A DNA stretch of 64,000 bases from Eledone cirrhosa (GCA_964016885.1 OZ024740.1:151590001-151654000); one strand, 5' to 3'. Positions 1 through 15,956 are shown, counted from the stretch's first letter. Numbers and translations: made by a program. The notes: generated by a model not told the origin, from the letters alone.

Positions 1-37
<37 letters not shown>

Positions 38-199
38 GTGTGTGTGTCTGTGTGTGTGTATGGGGGGAGGGGTTTAAACAATGTAAGAAGACGAATTCTC
101 GACGTTTAAAGCGATGAGAATATATTTAATTATATAAGTATAAAAAAGTGCTTAAGCGAAGAAATGCTGTAAAAATTGCTTATAAAATAGGTTGGATAA

Positions 200-346
200 C
201 CTTAAAAGGCGGAAAGAATTTGCCAACGACTGCTATTAGCAATTGAACCCCATCTTTTCCAGATAGCAACTAGAAAATATCTGGAAGATGTAGGGTTTCA
301 ATTCCTCATAGTGGTTGTGGGCAAATTCTTTTTCGGTCTTTTAAGG
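200..346. repeat. Old, diverged inverted repeat (fold-back)
   Basis: ccttaaaaggcggaaagaatttgcc...ttttccagat pairs imperfectly with atctggaagat...ggcaaattctttttcggtcttttaagg. Confidence 0.7.
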
Positions 347-659
347 AGATAAGGAGACGCCCCCCCCCCCCCCCCAGCAAAATTTGAACTGGAGGATCTA
401 TTAAGTTATGCATTGTGATGATGAGTGGATATGGCAGGGGTGATAAATTTTTAAGTATTTCTGTTATTAGAAACTACGCTTATTTAGCTTAGCTGTAGTA
501 TATATGTTATGAGTATACTATGTTATGAGTACTGGCAGGTGAGATACGTTGCATTTTCAATATATCTACAGTCGATCGATTTTTCATCAAATTAGGCTGA
601 GGAAACAATGTTTCCGTTGGTCTTTCAAATTACTAATACTCTCTATCGGTCGCAACTCC

Positions 660-788
660 AGATAGAAGGAGCAGCGTGAAATAAAATGTCTTACCCAAGG
701 ACACAACGCATCACCCGGTCCGGTAATCGAACTCACAACCTCACGATTGCAAATCCAATTCTCTAACCACTCAGTCACACGCCTTCAC
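660..788 (-). mobile_element. tRNA-derived SINE head (family B)
   Basis: Minus strand has A/B-box-like tgactgagtggttag...gttcgattacc followed by ttgtgtccttgggtaagaca; similar to 60878-61133. Confidence 0.65.
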
Positions 789-980
789 AACGATTACATG
801 TATATACAAATTTGTGTTGGAACAGGGGTTGTGTTGTTGCTGGATAAAGTATATTTATAAATAAGATGAAAGCACCAACAGGGGTTAATTTCACTTTCAT
901 CAATTTTCTGAATCATTACCATTGTCCATGATCTCCAGCAGACAACTGATGAAAGGGAAATTATCCCCGTTCGTGCTATC

Positions 981-1048
<68 letters not shown>

Positions 1049-1439
1049 GTGGCTGCCAACTCGTTTTCGAGTACGGCCACTAATTTATATCCATGTAGGA
1101 GAACTCCTGCCGATGCGCGCTGAACGAGTGTGACGTTTTAGTCCAGCCAGCGACTTGAAAACTCTGGTACAAACACTGCACTTGTGACAATTATTGACAC
1201 ATAGTGCTGGGCCCATGGTACCATGTGACGACAAGTGCAGAGAGATCTCCATATATAAGGCAATGCCTGTGCCGTGAAGCTTTTATAGTGAGCAAAGGCA
1301 CTGCACAAAGCCAGTCCCACTCTCTTAACCAAGATGATATTTACCAAAAAGAAGAACAAGTCAACATCATTGGATACCATCAGGGTTGCAGGTGTTATAT
1401 CAGAGTTTTCCTTCTCCTTGAATTCTGCCTTGACAAAGG

Positions 1440-1628
1440 CATACATACATACATACATACATACATACATACATACATACATACATACATACATCGATGC
1501 ATGCATACATACATACATACATACATACATACATACATACATACATACATACATCGATGCATGCATACATACATACATACATACATACATACATACATAC
1601 ATACATACATACATACATACATACATAC
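1440..1628. repeat. (CATA)n microsatellite with a duplicated cgatgcatg interruption
   Basis: Direct reading. Confidence 0.95.
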
Positions 1629-2056
1629 TAAAAGAGAGATAGAATTAGTTATTTGTACAGAGAAAAATGAAATAATTAAATAAATAAAAGTAAATTTTAG
1701 TCTGTAATAATTGATAGAATAACCGAACCCGTTATCCAACGATGTAAAATACTTCAGCAAATCAATCCGTAAGTGATACAATGGTTGAGTGATACAACTG
1801 CTGGTTATATAATTGTATAACTTCTAACTTTAATTGGCAATGACTGTTCAGAGTTCAATCTCCTTCTCACGCTAAGCAGAAGAAGAATTCTTTTTGTCTC
1901 TAGGTTTGCCAACTAGAAAAAGGTAGAATGCAAAAGAAGCACCGCTCGCTTTGGAAGCTCCAGCTGTGGTTCTGTGGCTTTAGTTTCCTTCGTCTCACTG
2001 TGCTAAAAGCACCGCTCGCCTTGGAAGCTCTAGCAGTCATCAGAGTCACCATGTAT

Positions 2057-2134
<78 letters not shown>

Positions 2135-2147
2135 TAATATATATATA

Positions 2148-2430
2148 GTATCAATCCGCATACCTAATTTTTGCTGGGCTGGCAATCGCTCTGTATAATC
2201 AGCTCCTGATTATTACTAGAATTCTATAATTTTCGGCGAAAACAGGGGAACACGTGGCTCTGATGAACGCCAACCAGCGTGAAACAGACTGTCTGCTTCT
2301 CTCCCTTCTTTCACCGAAAGGAAGTAAGTGACATAGTTACTACTTTAAAACTGATAGCGTATGGTCTTTTAAATGTTTTTAGTTAAACATACGGTATATT
2401 GCCAAGTATACTATACATACATTCATATAT
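2148..2430 (+). mobile_element. PLE-type terminal-repeat fragment in (TA)n carrying a hammerhead
   Basis: Diverged second copy at about 16520-16815; contains CTGATGA/GAAA core; TA-flanked. Confidence 0.6.
2256..2297 (+). ncRNA. Minimal type I hammerhead ribozyme
   Basis: CTGATGA 2260-2266, stem II acgc/gcgt, GAAA 2281-2284, short stem III cag-a-ctg, GUC triplet; stem I imperfect; outer pairing tttcggcgaaa...tttcaccgaaa. Confidence 0.75.
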
Positions 2431-2470
2431 ACATCGCTATTTCAGAGCACCAATCTATATATACAGAGCA

Positions 2471-2537
<67 letters not shown>

Positions 2538-2596
2538 GGACACACTTTTTCATATGTAACCCATTTGCAACGCCGCAGCTCCATTATTATCATATT

Positions 2597-2667
<71 letters not shown>

Positions 2668-3409
2668 GTAGGCATAAGATTGACTACAGTACGTTCACGA
2701 GTATAGATAATGTAACATGTCGGAAGATCTAAAAATCTATTTGTAGATTAAGCAAATACTGTACTATGCATCAGTATGAATGTTCTGAATATCTGTAAAA
2801 ACAAATACAGAAGCTTGGTTGGAGTAAAGAGCCGCCGTCAGAAACAGAATCCATTTCGATATTCTGTAATAGTCATCCTAGAATATCACTGGACAGCCAA
2901 CATCACGTATGTATGTGTATGTATATTAGCCTGTAGATATGTACGCATGTATGTTCGCATGTATGTATGTACATTAGCATGTAAATACGCATGTATATAT
3001 GTATGCATGTATGTATGTATATATGTATGTATGTACTTATGCATGTATATATGTGTTCCGAAATTAATAAAGTAAATAAATTAATTACAGGAAAAACACC
3101 AAAATGTTAAAATAATATATTTTTATTGATAATTCGATTATTGCTTCCGCTACTGTGCTTGTTTCCAGTTGTTGCTGGTGTTGTTGATAGTGGTGACGAC
3201 AGTTTTAGTGGTAGTGACGGAGTTGATGGTGTGGTTACTTTATATATGTCAGGGCAAATAAAGGTCAAGGTGGACTACCGAAATAGAGACATGGAAAGAT
3301 AGAGTGAACAGAGAATATATATATATTTATATATACGCGTATAGCCCAAATGAATTTGTTGAGCAAATTGTAAACAACGTGATAAAAATTCCTAGATATC
3401 GATCTAAAC

Positions 3410-3509
<100 letters not shown>

Positions 3510-3667
3510 TAGGAAATATGGTAAAATCCGAACGAAATTCCCTCTCTATTGTAATTATGATGTATCTCCCTAATCGAAATATCTAGTTCGTAAAAAAAAG
3601 AAAAACGCAATCATACACACACGCGCACACAGACACACACACTTACACACACACATATATATATGTA

Positions 3668-3781
<114 letters not shown>

Positions 3782-4059
3782 TATATATATATATATATAT
3801 TCATACATGTATGTTAGTTTGTTCCATTTTGAAAATCATCATCTTCATTTCGTCCGTTTGACACGTTGAAGTAACGACGTATTCCGAATTAAAGATCAAT
3901 CGAATAATATTTTTCACACAAAGAGTTTTCGCACTTTCATATATGTTTTATTTATGTCGATTTATGTTTGATGAGACTTGTATTACATTCTTTCTGTTCA
4001 CTTTACTGAATCCCATGAGGAAACCGTAAGTCAGAACGAAATGAAATGAAAATAAACAA

Positions 4060-5400
4060 GACGAATACGTTCTAAATGCACAAATGAAGGAAATTTATAA
4101 CCGGAATGCCAACATACAAATGGTTTTGGACAATGTTGTGCACATGGAAAAGGTTATTTGGATAAGACTTGTTGATGGAATCCCAAGGTTCATGGAACTT
4201 TTTGAACAGTGAGAGACCGGGACCAGATGATAGGTACAATTTCTCAAAGACTTTCTTCAAAACTAGTTCAAGAATATGATGGCGGCAAGCCAGCCACAAG
4301 ATGGATTTTTTTCAGAGCTGCTTCAATTTTCATATTCGATCCTTGGTACCTGCTGGTGTGTTACGGGCAGTGGTCGAAGGATATACCAATTTTTCTACCC
4401 ATTAATTTTGAGTAATTGAATTTCCTTCAAAACAACTTCAGCTACTTTTCTGGTTCCATCTCTTGTAATCGGAAAACTTAAGAGCTCATCTTTTCCTTTT
4501 CCTATATCTAAAACTGCAATCCGATCCTCGAAGTAATAATTTTTGAAACCAATTTTCATCCGAGGGCAGGACTAGTCAGGATCTGTTTTCAGATGAAAAA
4601 GCGGATAACTCGATTTCCTGAGCTATCTTCTTACGGTGATTTGTTCTTGCTCAATAAATAGTTGAGGAACAAATTGAGAATTCAAACACATCATAAGCAA
4701 GATTCTTTGCAATTGCGATGTAAGAAGTACTTGCTTGTGTACTGATAGTTTCTCCCATTCCCACATGGGAACAAGAGGGGCGTCAAGAATCGACTTTAAT
4801 CGTGGTGCTTTTGGGGGCAGTGTTGACTTGAAGATTTTATCATCATCATCATCATTGATTAAAATTCAAGAGCTAATTTCTCAGACATCTTGATTTCATC
4901 AACCTGCTTTCTCTTTCTTACTTTTAGATCATGAATCTTCTTTGCCTTCTTCTGAATGGCTCTCTCATGTTCTGCATCAGCACCATCCATGAATGAAGAC
5001 ATCTGATCTTCACACTCTGTCTCCAGGAAAGCTTTGTCTTCAGATGGGTCATTCTTTCTTTCGAGTAGTTCTGGCCTGCAATGTCAAAAAGTGCACGCTT
5101 TGCAATTGTTTTGTCAGTCGTCCTTGGTTTTCTTTATTTTCAGTCCTTGATACTCCTTAAACAATTTTTTGATTGAAGGGCATTTTAATTTTTTTTAATT
5201 TTTATTAGAGATATTTGCTTTTCCTCACAATTTCTGGATCTACTGACTAGTGTTTTTAAGGCAACTGAAATTGTCTCCCTGAGTTCGACATGATGGTAGA
5301 GAAAGCACAAGAGTACTTGTGGTGATGGTGGTGTAGTTAGCAGCCATTCCGTTGTCGCTTTCTTATAAGTGTTTGTTATAACTACGCACTTAAATACGAT
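4060..5400 (-). pseudogene. Decayed DNA transposase, probably hAT-like (hATm type)
   Basis: WLACRHHILELVLKKVF...SSGP..SLFKKF..W (CxxH motif) and N-terminal PSPQVLLCFLYHH; many stops and frameshifts; TIRs not identified. Confidence 0.55.
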
Positions 5401-5577
5401 GTTATATTTTGAGAGTGCAGAAAGCACTCCTGTTGCTTTCGAAAGTTACAGTTAGGAATTGTTAGATTTCCCATCGAAGTTTGACGATTGTTAATTTTAT
5501 CTCGATTGATGCCGTAATGTTTTGGGCGATATTCGGTGTCGTTGAAAACGACAACTTTACACTATTCGTTTTTTTTA

Positions 5578-5710
5578 TGAACAAGTAGTTATATTTACGA
5601 ACAAGTAGTTATATTTACGAACAAGTAGTTATATTTACGAACAAGTAGTTATATTTACGAACAAGTAGTTATATTTACGAACAAGTAGTTATATTTACGA
5701 ACAAGTAGTT
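5578..5710. repeat. 20-bp minisatellite (acaagtagttatatttacga) x about 6.5
   Basis: Identical tandem units read directly. Confidence 0.95.
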
Positions 5711-5977
5711 TCTGATACACATCGTTAAAACTGACAGAGACCCATTTAATACATTTACATCGTATCATTCGAGACGCAGGAAGAAGACAGGGAAGATGCA
5801 TTAATATTTTCAGTTGTAATCTAATTAGGGTGCTATAAGGAAATACGAAAATATAAATAGTCTAGGTATATATTTGTACATCTGCTACTTCCATGTTTAG
5901 ATACACTCTCTAAATTCTCTAAACAACTACAGCTGTTTATATGGGATTCTCACAACCTACTTCCTCCTCTCCCCTCT

Positions 5978-6023
<46 letters not shown>

Positions 6024-6046
6024 TATATATATATATGCAGGAATGC

Positions 6047-6135
<89 letters not shown>

Positions 6136-6427
6136 ACTTCCTATAGATATGGCAAGATTCAATTGCTTATTTGTGTTTTACATGTTAGTATATGTGCTTA
6201 CCTCAAAATTGTTTCAAAAAGCTTATGAAAAGGTCGAGGATATTTATATATGGTATGGTCCCGTAACTCCTGATAGGGTTGTAGGGCACTGTATTAACAT
6301 ACAGCGCTTCTTAGGCACTTAAAGCCTGGCGGAACCCATCCCTCTCCAGGCCTGAGTAAAGCAGATTTCTTTCAAGGAAAGAAAGAAAGTGAGAAAGAGG
6401 AAATGAGAAAGAGATATAAAGGACGAA

Positions 6428-6592
6428 TCGACCTTAGTACTAAACTGGTACTTTTTTTATCTACCTCGAAAGGATGAAAAGCAAAGTTGACCTCGGCAGG
6501 ATTTGAACGCATACGTAAAAGGCCGTAACTCTCTGCCGTAACTGTATGCTGAGCAGAGAACCGGAAAGTATACCATAACATTCTATTCGCCG
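6428..6592 (-). mobile_element. tRNA-derived SINE (family A), diverged
   Basis: ggtacttt...aaggatgaaaagcaaagttgacctcggcaggatttgaac matches the reverse complement of 43211-43396. Confidence 0.7.
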
Positions 6593-6622
6593 CATATATA
6601 TATATATATATATATATACGTG

Positions 6623-6716
<94 letters not shown>

Positions 6717-6803
6717 CGTGCGCATGTGTGTATGTTTGTAAAAGTTATAACAAAAATAAAACAAAAGGCGCAGTACATGGAAGAAATATATTATTTTAAC
6801 GCT

Positions 6804-6855
<52 letters not shown>

Positions 6856-7066
6856 AATGAATAATAACAGGTAGACATCATAAAAAGGTAATTTATTCTG
6901 TATGCTTACAAATGTTTCCACGGTGGTTATACAGCCTAGTTATGCTATGTGCAAATTTATAACTATTTGCAAAACTCAATTTTCAAATGCTGTGACCACT
7001 GAATCATCACGTCAACTCTATCCAGTGTAGTAATTAACCATTACTGCATCCAGGATAATCCTATAA

Positions 7067-7130
<64 letters not shown>

Positions 7131-7639
7131 GCTGGATAATACTATCACTGCGACCACAACGGCCAATGTAGGTGATGTTGGTCAGTGTTGCTGTTATTGT
7201 CATTGTTGTTGTTGTTGTTGTTGTTGTTGCTGTTTTTGTTGTTGTTGTTGTTGTTGTTGTTGCTGTTATCTTGAATGTGGGGGATGCGTGAATCCTGATT
7301 TCGCTAATTGACACATGGATAGCACTTTACTCCAGTAAACACGACGGCTAAGAGACCCTTTTATGAACGTCTGCCAGGCGCACGAGCAGAAGGGCGTGCT
7401 TTTCCTGCCGGCGGCACATCACAAAATCGAATTTCACATTAGGATACCGTTTTCATAACAACAACAAATGCATGAATTACATCTTGATTGCATGAAAGAA
7501 CCGTTGAAATAAGTATAATGAATAAACGATTTATGTAGCCTTTCATCCATACGGGGTCGGTAAGTAATGCACTGGAGTATTTGCTGGCCTTGTGCCAAAA
7601 ATAGAAACAACTGTTATACACACACACACACAACGCACA

Positions 7640-8110
7640 CACAGGCTGGAAGGAAAATATCTCTTTATTTACAATTATTAATAACTTTATTCATTATTGG
7701 TCGATTTTCATAAAATATATTTTATGTTGTACAGTATAATAGGAGACGTACGGTACAGTCATAAATGTTACATGGGCACCAGCGTTGTTCAGCAAAACTT
7801 GAATCCTCTTAGTATGTCTTCAACTGACGACATGACAAGTGCGTTCCTCCAATAGCGTCAGAGATTTTGGTTTTGAGCTATAAACTTCTTTCACCCAGCT
7901 CCACAGGAAAGATTTCATGGTGTTAAGTCAGGGCTTCTCGCTGGCCATTAATGAGTAATTTGACATGAAGCCACTCACAAAGAGTGCTTTCAAAATGAGG
8001 CGGGTCTCCATCTTGGATGAATGTGAGGTCAATGTTGTTGTTCCAAGTGGTCACATTAGGCCAGAAGTAATAAGTAATTTTCAATAGGGAGTTTCTTTCC
8101 ACCGATCCTG
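7640..8110 (-). pseudogene. Tc1/mariner-superfamily transposase 3' remnant
   Basis: [10 protein letters not shown]...LCEWL followed by a degenerate SPDLTP..FLWSWVKEVYSSKPKSL region. Confidence 0.7.
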
Positions 8111-8180
8111 TATATGCGGAAATAAACGGATAAACAACACAAGAAAATGATACAGTACAATGAAGATATATTTTGTTCTT

Positions 8181-8220
<40 letters not shown>

Positions 8221-8242
8221 TATTGTGTGTGTGTGTGTGTAT

Positions 8243-8288
<46 letters not shown>

Positions 8289-8310
8289 TATTGTGTGTGT
8301 GTGTGTGTAT

Positions 8311-8650
<340 letters not shown>

Positions 8651-8678
8651 TATATATATATATATATATATACATACA

Positions 8679-8720
8679 TATTGGTAAAACATTTGGGAAA
8701 TTATAAAACCAGAATAACAT
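8679..8720 (+). mobile_element. About 40-bp 3' tip of the R4-like LINE inserted in CATA repeats
   Basis: tattggtaaaacatttgggaaattataaaaccagaataacat matches the reverse complement of 18697-18733. Confidence 0.75.
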
Positions 8721-9726
8721 GCATATATACATACATGCATATATGCATACATGGTAACTACATATACACATATATAGATACAGAAACATATGCACATGCA
8801 CACATGTAACTCAAGATATACAGATCTACATGTACAATAACATTTCATTTCTCACTCTTAGTACGGCACTTACTTACGTATACATACATTCTTACAATAA
8901 CATTCATTCCTGCATACTCACAGTTCTTTTCTAATTGGAGAGCTTCATTTAACCAGACCCCAAAACAACTTAACTGAGCCAATGATAATTCCAAACCATA
9001 AGACTTTACAATTGATTGAGCCAATATAAGGAATATTTACTAGTAATAACAGCCAAATCTCTGTCAAAGCTGTTTATGTGTGTATGAAATGTATATGCTC
9101 CCAACATTTGCTCCATGGTGGTCTCGGGATGTCATCATTAATGAATGATGCACACCTGCAGAATTATCTTGATGAATGGACTGTGACGATGGCATTGATA
9201 ATGAACGGTCAGGTTTATGTGACTCATGTCTACATCACAGGTTTTGTATCAGAGTGACCTCTCTTGCAGCGATGTCTTAATGAAGACTAGGAGTCGCTCT
9301 TTCAGAAAAAAAAAGAAAAAAATACATACATATGCACATATACACATATATGCATCACCAGATAATTTCTAATGCCGAAGCCTACTATTTTTGTTGCTCC
9401 TTCAAACAATTTTTATAGAAACAAATCGCCAAGAGAAACATTATGTGAGAGATATTTTATAAAACTACTGTTATGAAAACCATAGATAATATTTAAAGAG
9501 CGTAGACAAAAGTAGCCGGGAATTATATATATTTGACCCGAATTACTTGATCGATTTTTTGGCTATGCGAATGATTGTTTAACCATCGTCTCAGTGTGTT
9601 TGACCTTTAACGTTTGTTATAGCTCTGGTTCATCTGAATCATTGAGCACTTGCCACACATCTCGGAGGTTGTTTTTCGTTATTTCGTGGGCCGAAATGCG
9701 ATTCTCGATAATTTATATTTATATAT

Positions 9727-9805
<79 letters not shown>

Positions 9806-9809
<4 letters not shown>

Positions 9810-10155
9810 AAGTATGACCCCGACGGCATAGCTCAAGCGGTTTCGATGGCTATAATAGCCGTCGAAACGGCTTGAGCTCTGCCGTCGGTGTTAAACATTT
9901 TCCTATTACCCACTCTACTACCCTAAGTATTGAGTACTCTGGTGCGTTATGGTCCATCTGGTTCCTTACCACACCTCCTTGGTTATATATATATATATAT
10001 ATATATATAACGAAGGAAATGTGGTAAGGAACCAGGTGGACCGTAACGCACCAAAGTACTCAATACTTAGGATAGTAAAGTGGGTAATAGGATTTAGTCC
10101 AGAATTAGCCATCGAAACGGCTTGAGCTCAGCCGTCGGGGTCTTTCTCGTTCCTA
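9806..10155. repeat. Compound inverted-repeat cluster of one element end
   Basis: Palindrome 9820-9888, TA-centred palindrome 9902-10092, third piece 10105-10155; same family at 24338-24520. Confidence 0.85.
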
Positions 10156-10271
10156 TATATATATGTGTGTGTGTACATGATATTGACGGGCGTGAGAATG
10201 GACCATTAATACCGAAGTAGTGTTGAAATATACTCTATTGTTGCTAGGTTTTGCCACTGTGCAAGATCGGG

Positions 10272-10322
10272 TCTTGTCTGATGATCCTGTGAGTGTACAG
10301 ATGAAACTCCAGTGTGACAAGA
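10272..10322 (+). ncRNA. Type I hammerhead motif, cleavage triplet mutated
   Basis: Stem I tcttgt/acaaga, CTGATGA at 10278, stem II ctgt/acag, GAAAC; triplet reads GUG. Confidence 0.6.
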
Positions 10323-10402
10323 TTCATCACGTAACCATGATAAAAAATATATATGTATGTGTATTTGTGTTTTCATGTAATTTTCTGTTTGCATATATAT
10401 AT

Positions 10403-10494
10403 ATTTTAAAAAAGTGGATGATGGAGCGCATCTACCTGAAATGGAAAAAAAAAACCGTTTTGTAAAAAGCGCTATACTTGTGCACGTGCGTAAG

Positions 10495-10571
<77 letters not shown>

Positions 10572-10802
10572 TTGTGTGTGGTTGTGTGTTTATGTGTGTG
10601 TGTGTGTCTGTGTGTGCGTATATATATGTATATATATATACATACACGCACACACACATACACACACAAACACACACACACACACACACAATCACACACA
10701 CACACATGCTTACGCACGTGCACAAGTATAGCTCTTTTTACAAAACGGTTTTTTTTTTCCATTTCAGGTAGATGCGCTCCATCATCCACTTTTTTTAAAA
10801 AT
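10403..10802. repeat. About 400-bp palindrome with (TG)n/(CA)n arms
   Basis: aaaagtggatgatggagcgcatctacc...gcatgtg mirrored at 10703-10802; right arm continues to about 11050 as a PLE terminal repeat homologous to 12740-13090. Confidence 0.9.
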
Positions 10803-11051
10803 AAATCATACACAAAACGCCAGCACCAACAGTTTTGCAAGAGATGTCAACATGAATGGACCTGTTATTTTTTATCTAAAGACAATTTTTTCAATTCCAA
10901 CCCGTCTGTCCCCTCAATCTATCTTATTTCTCATTCTTTCTTCTAATGAATGACTAGCCTCCAAAACGTTAAGACCCGCTTCCTGCTATATCAAGCATTA
11001 ACCCTTCCATATACTGTACCGATTGTGTTGTTATTTCTGTTTACCTTTTAC

Positions 11052-11179
<128 letters not shown>

Positions 11180-11605
11180 ACGTGAGTTTATGTATATTCA
11201 ATCGCTGAAGAGTTTTCCTTCATAATTGTGAGAGAATCACATGTAAAGTAGTTATTCATAACATCAAATTGTGAAAGAAGTGAAAAGTAGGATGGTGGAT
11301 GTGATGGTGGTGGTGGTGGTGGTGATGGAAGTGTTGATGCAGTTGTTGTGTTGGTGCTGATGGTGGTTATGATTTTGAGGATAATAATGCTTATGATATT
11401 GCTGCTGCTAAAGATGATAAGAATAATCATGACATCTAAGATGTCAGCACACAGTCTTATTATGTGCAATTAATTGTGCAATGATGAAAGGCAACAGATT
11501 ATAGAAAATATTTTGTTTTAAACATTTATAAAATTCACTCAATACATTGTTTAAATATATTCTCAAAACATAAATTTCATTCTGAGTATTTATATATATA
11601 TAATA

Positions 11606-11792
11606 ATTGTTTCTACTTTTGGCACAAGGCCAGCAATTCACCAGTACATTACTGGTACTTTATTTTATCGATCCCGTAAGGATGAAAGTCAAAGTTAACC
11701 ACGGCGGGATTTGAACTCAGAATAGCAAGGGCCGTAACTCAATCCGTCAAAGCATGGCGTCCGACCCTCTACCGATACTGCCAATCTACCAC
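11606..11792 (-). mobile_element. SINE family A
   Basis: Near-full reverse complement of 43211-43396. Confidence 0.85.
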
Positions 11793-11848
<56 letters not shown>

Positions 11849-12339
11849 CCAGTGAGAAGAGAAGCTGCAGAATTTGAGTTTCAGTTCACAACACATTCTA
11901 AGATAGAATTCACATCATTTATTCATTACACAATCACTGTTATACATATTTCGATGGTAACTATTATGTAACATTTACGACTACATCAGAGAACTATTAA
12001 GTAAACAGATTTACATGAATAAAAATAAGATGTCATGACGATAAGTAAAAATAAAAATCACACCATTCATGTATATTTATGATGGAACCACACTAATGAT
12101 CAGTCAGCAGCATATCAATGAATTTTTATATTTATTTACTTTCATGCCATCTTATTTTCATCCATGGAACCTTTTGACCTCTACTTCATTATTATACAAA
12201 TACTCTGGAGTATGCAGACTTACATGAATACTTTGTCGAGTACTTTATCCGGCGTCGTGGTGATTTCTTTTGAAGGAAAGAGTTCTAGTCCTGTAAAAGG
12301 AAGCGATTTCTATATAAAACGTGGTTTACATTCAACTAA

Positions 12340-12436
12340 TGTATATATATACATATATATGTGTGTGTATACATGTGTGTATGTATGTATGGATATATGT
12401 CACCTTGACCGGTCAAGGTGATCATATATATACATA

Positions 12437-12470
<34 letters not shown>

Positions 12471-12690
12471 CGTATACATGTGTGTATGTGTGTATGGATA
12501 TATGTATGTATATATGTATGCATGCATATATATATCACCTTGATCGGTCAAGGTGATCATATATATAAATATATATGTATATATATATGTGTGTATACAT
12601 GTGTGTATGTATGGATATATGTATGTATATATGTATGCATGCATATATATATATCACCTTGATCGGTCAAGGTGATCATATATTTATATA
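12340..12690. repeat. About 120-135-bp tandem unit x3, each with a 22-bp hairpin
   Basis: tcaccttga(c/t)cggtcaaggtga at about 12400, 12535 and 12654 in TA/TG-derived sequence. Confidence 0.85.
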
Positions 12691-12704
12691 TATATATATG
12701 TGTG

Positions 12705-12738
<34 letters not shown>

Positions 12739-12739
12739 C

Positions 12740-14290
<1,551 letters not shown>

Positions 14291-14573
14291 GTGTGTGTTT
14301 ATATAATGGTTATACATATAGAGAGAGAAAGCCGTTGCTTTTTAATACATGGAGTGTTTATGAACGAATCGTAGATTTAGTCAAAATTGTAGATTTAGTT
14401 AAAATTGAAGTTTGAATGGGGAATGGATGGTGGGAGAAATAGGAACGATGTCATTTTATATATTCCTTTTACTCCCTCTGAACCTCCCTCACACAAACAC
14501 TATATATATATTGTGTTTTTTTGAGGGAGTAAAAGATGTACATAAAATTGTCATCGCCCGTAACGTGCGGGTG

Positions 14574-14638
<65 letters not shown>

Positions 14639-14734
14639 TATTTATATATTATGTATTTGTTGTGCAACACTCTACTCTTGATGGCAACTAAAATACCAGA
14701 GTGTCATGTTTGTCGATTCTACCATTAGAGGCGA

Positions 14735-15268
14735 ACAGACACATACACACAGACAAACACACATAGACACACACACAGACACACACAGACGCACACACAG
14801 ACGCACACACATAAACACACACAGACGCACACACATAAACACACACAGACACACACAGAGACACACACACAGACACACACACATAGACACACACACAGAC
14901 ACACACAGGGACACACACACACATAAACACACACATACACATACAGACACACATACATACACATACACATACACACACAGACGTACACACACACACATAC
15001 ACACACACAGAAACACACACAGGCACACACAGAGACACACACGAAGACATACACACACACACAGACACACACAGGGACACACGCATAGAAAAACACACAG
15101 ACACAGACACACACACACAGAAATACACACAGACACACACACAGACACACACACAGACAAACACACAGACACACACACACAGACACACATACAAACACAC
15201 ACACAGACACACAAACAGACACACACACACAGACGCACACATAGTCACACACTCATACACACACATAC
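14735..15268. repeat. Cryptic (CA)/(CAGA) low-complexity tract
   Basis: Direct reading. Confidence 0.9.
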
Positions 15269-15553
15269 TCGGATTCTTTTCCTAGAGTGCTTAAACTATC
15301 TGTGACTAATCCCGGTTTTTTTCATAAAAACTGTGATAATTATTGCTATTTTGCTGAACTCCTTGTAGAGTTTTTTTTTCAGAATGTATTTGACTGCTAT
15401 TTCTTGTAAATAAACATTCACTTCCATCCTGACGTCACTAGCCCCGTTTTTTCCTCATGTGCTTTTTCATAAATACACATGAAGGCGAACTAGCCAGTTT
15501 TAGAATTCCCTTTTTCGGACTATATTACTGTGAGAGCCCTGGTTTTCTGTTGA

Positions 15554-15635
15554 GCTCTGCTGATGAATGATATTCCAACCGTGACCATCTCCACTGAAAG
15601 TTTTCATGAAATAGTCTTTTAAGACTATACAGAGC
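15554..15635 (+). ncRNA. Canonical type I hammerhead ribozyme
   Basis: Stem I gctctg/cagagc, CTGATGA 15560-15566, stem II atga/tcat with large loop, GAAA 15608-15611, stem III tagtct/agacta, AUA triplet (cut after 15629). Confidence 0.85.
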
Positions 15636-15888
15636 ATTTGATGTTATTCCAAATTGAAGGATAAGTGTTTCAAACTTTGTTTTATCATGAGTTAAAGGTC
15701 TATAGATTTTTCCATGGATTTTACTAAATTCTGTGGATGAATTTGTATCCTGATTCTCTTTTGAGATGAGTTTGAGTTATTTTTCCTAAATCTTTCGTTA
15801 ACTACTTTTCCCATCTTGACGTTATAGTCGCATATATGTTATAGAATGCCGTTAGCTTCTTGCTAAAACAATCTCTATACGTCTCATT

Positions 15889-15954
<66 letters not shown>

Positions 15955-15956
<2 letters not shown>

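Noticed and set aside
946-985. CTGATGA with partial stem II
   Set aside because: Truncated by (TA)n before a properly placed GAAA; at most half a hammerhead
1047-1440. Unique-looking segment with TATATAAG between microsatellites
   Set aside because: No LTR termini, splice structure or protein motif that I could support
1985-2050. Minus-strand CTGATGA...GAGAC motif within a 30-bp direct repeat
   Set aside because: Core mutated and no stem I or III; not counted
5578-5710. Regular repeat array resembling CRISPR
   Set aside because: No spacers, eukaryotic context, no cas genes
6902-7018. Minus-strand GTGATGA...GAAACatttGTA
   Set aside because: First core base mutated and stem I unconvincing; possible relic only
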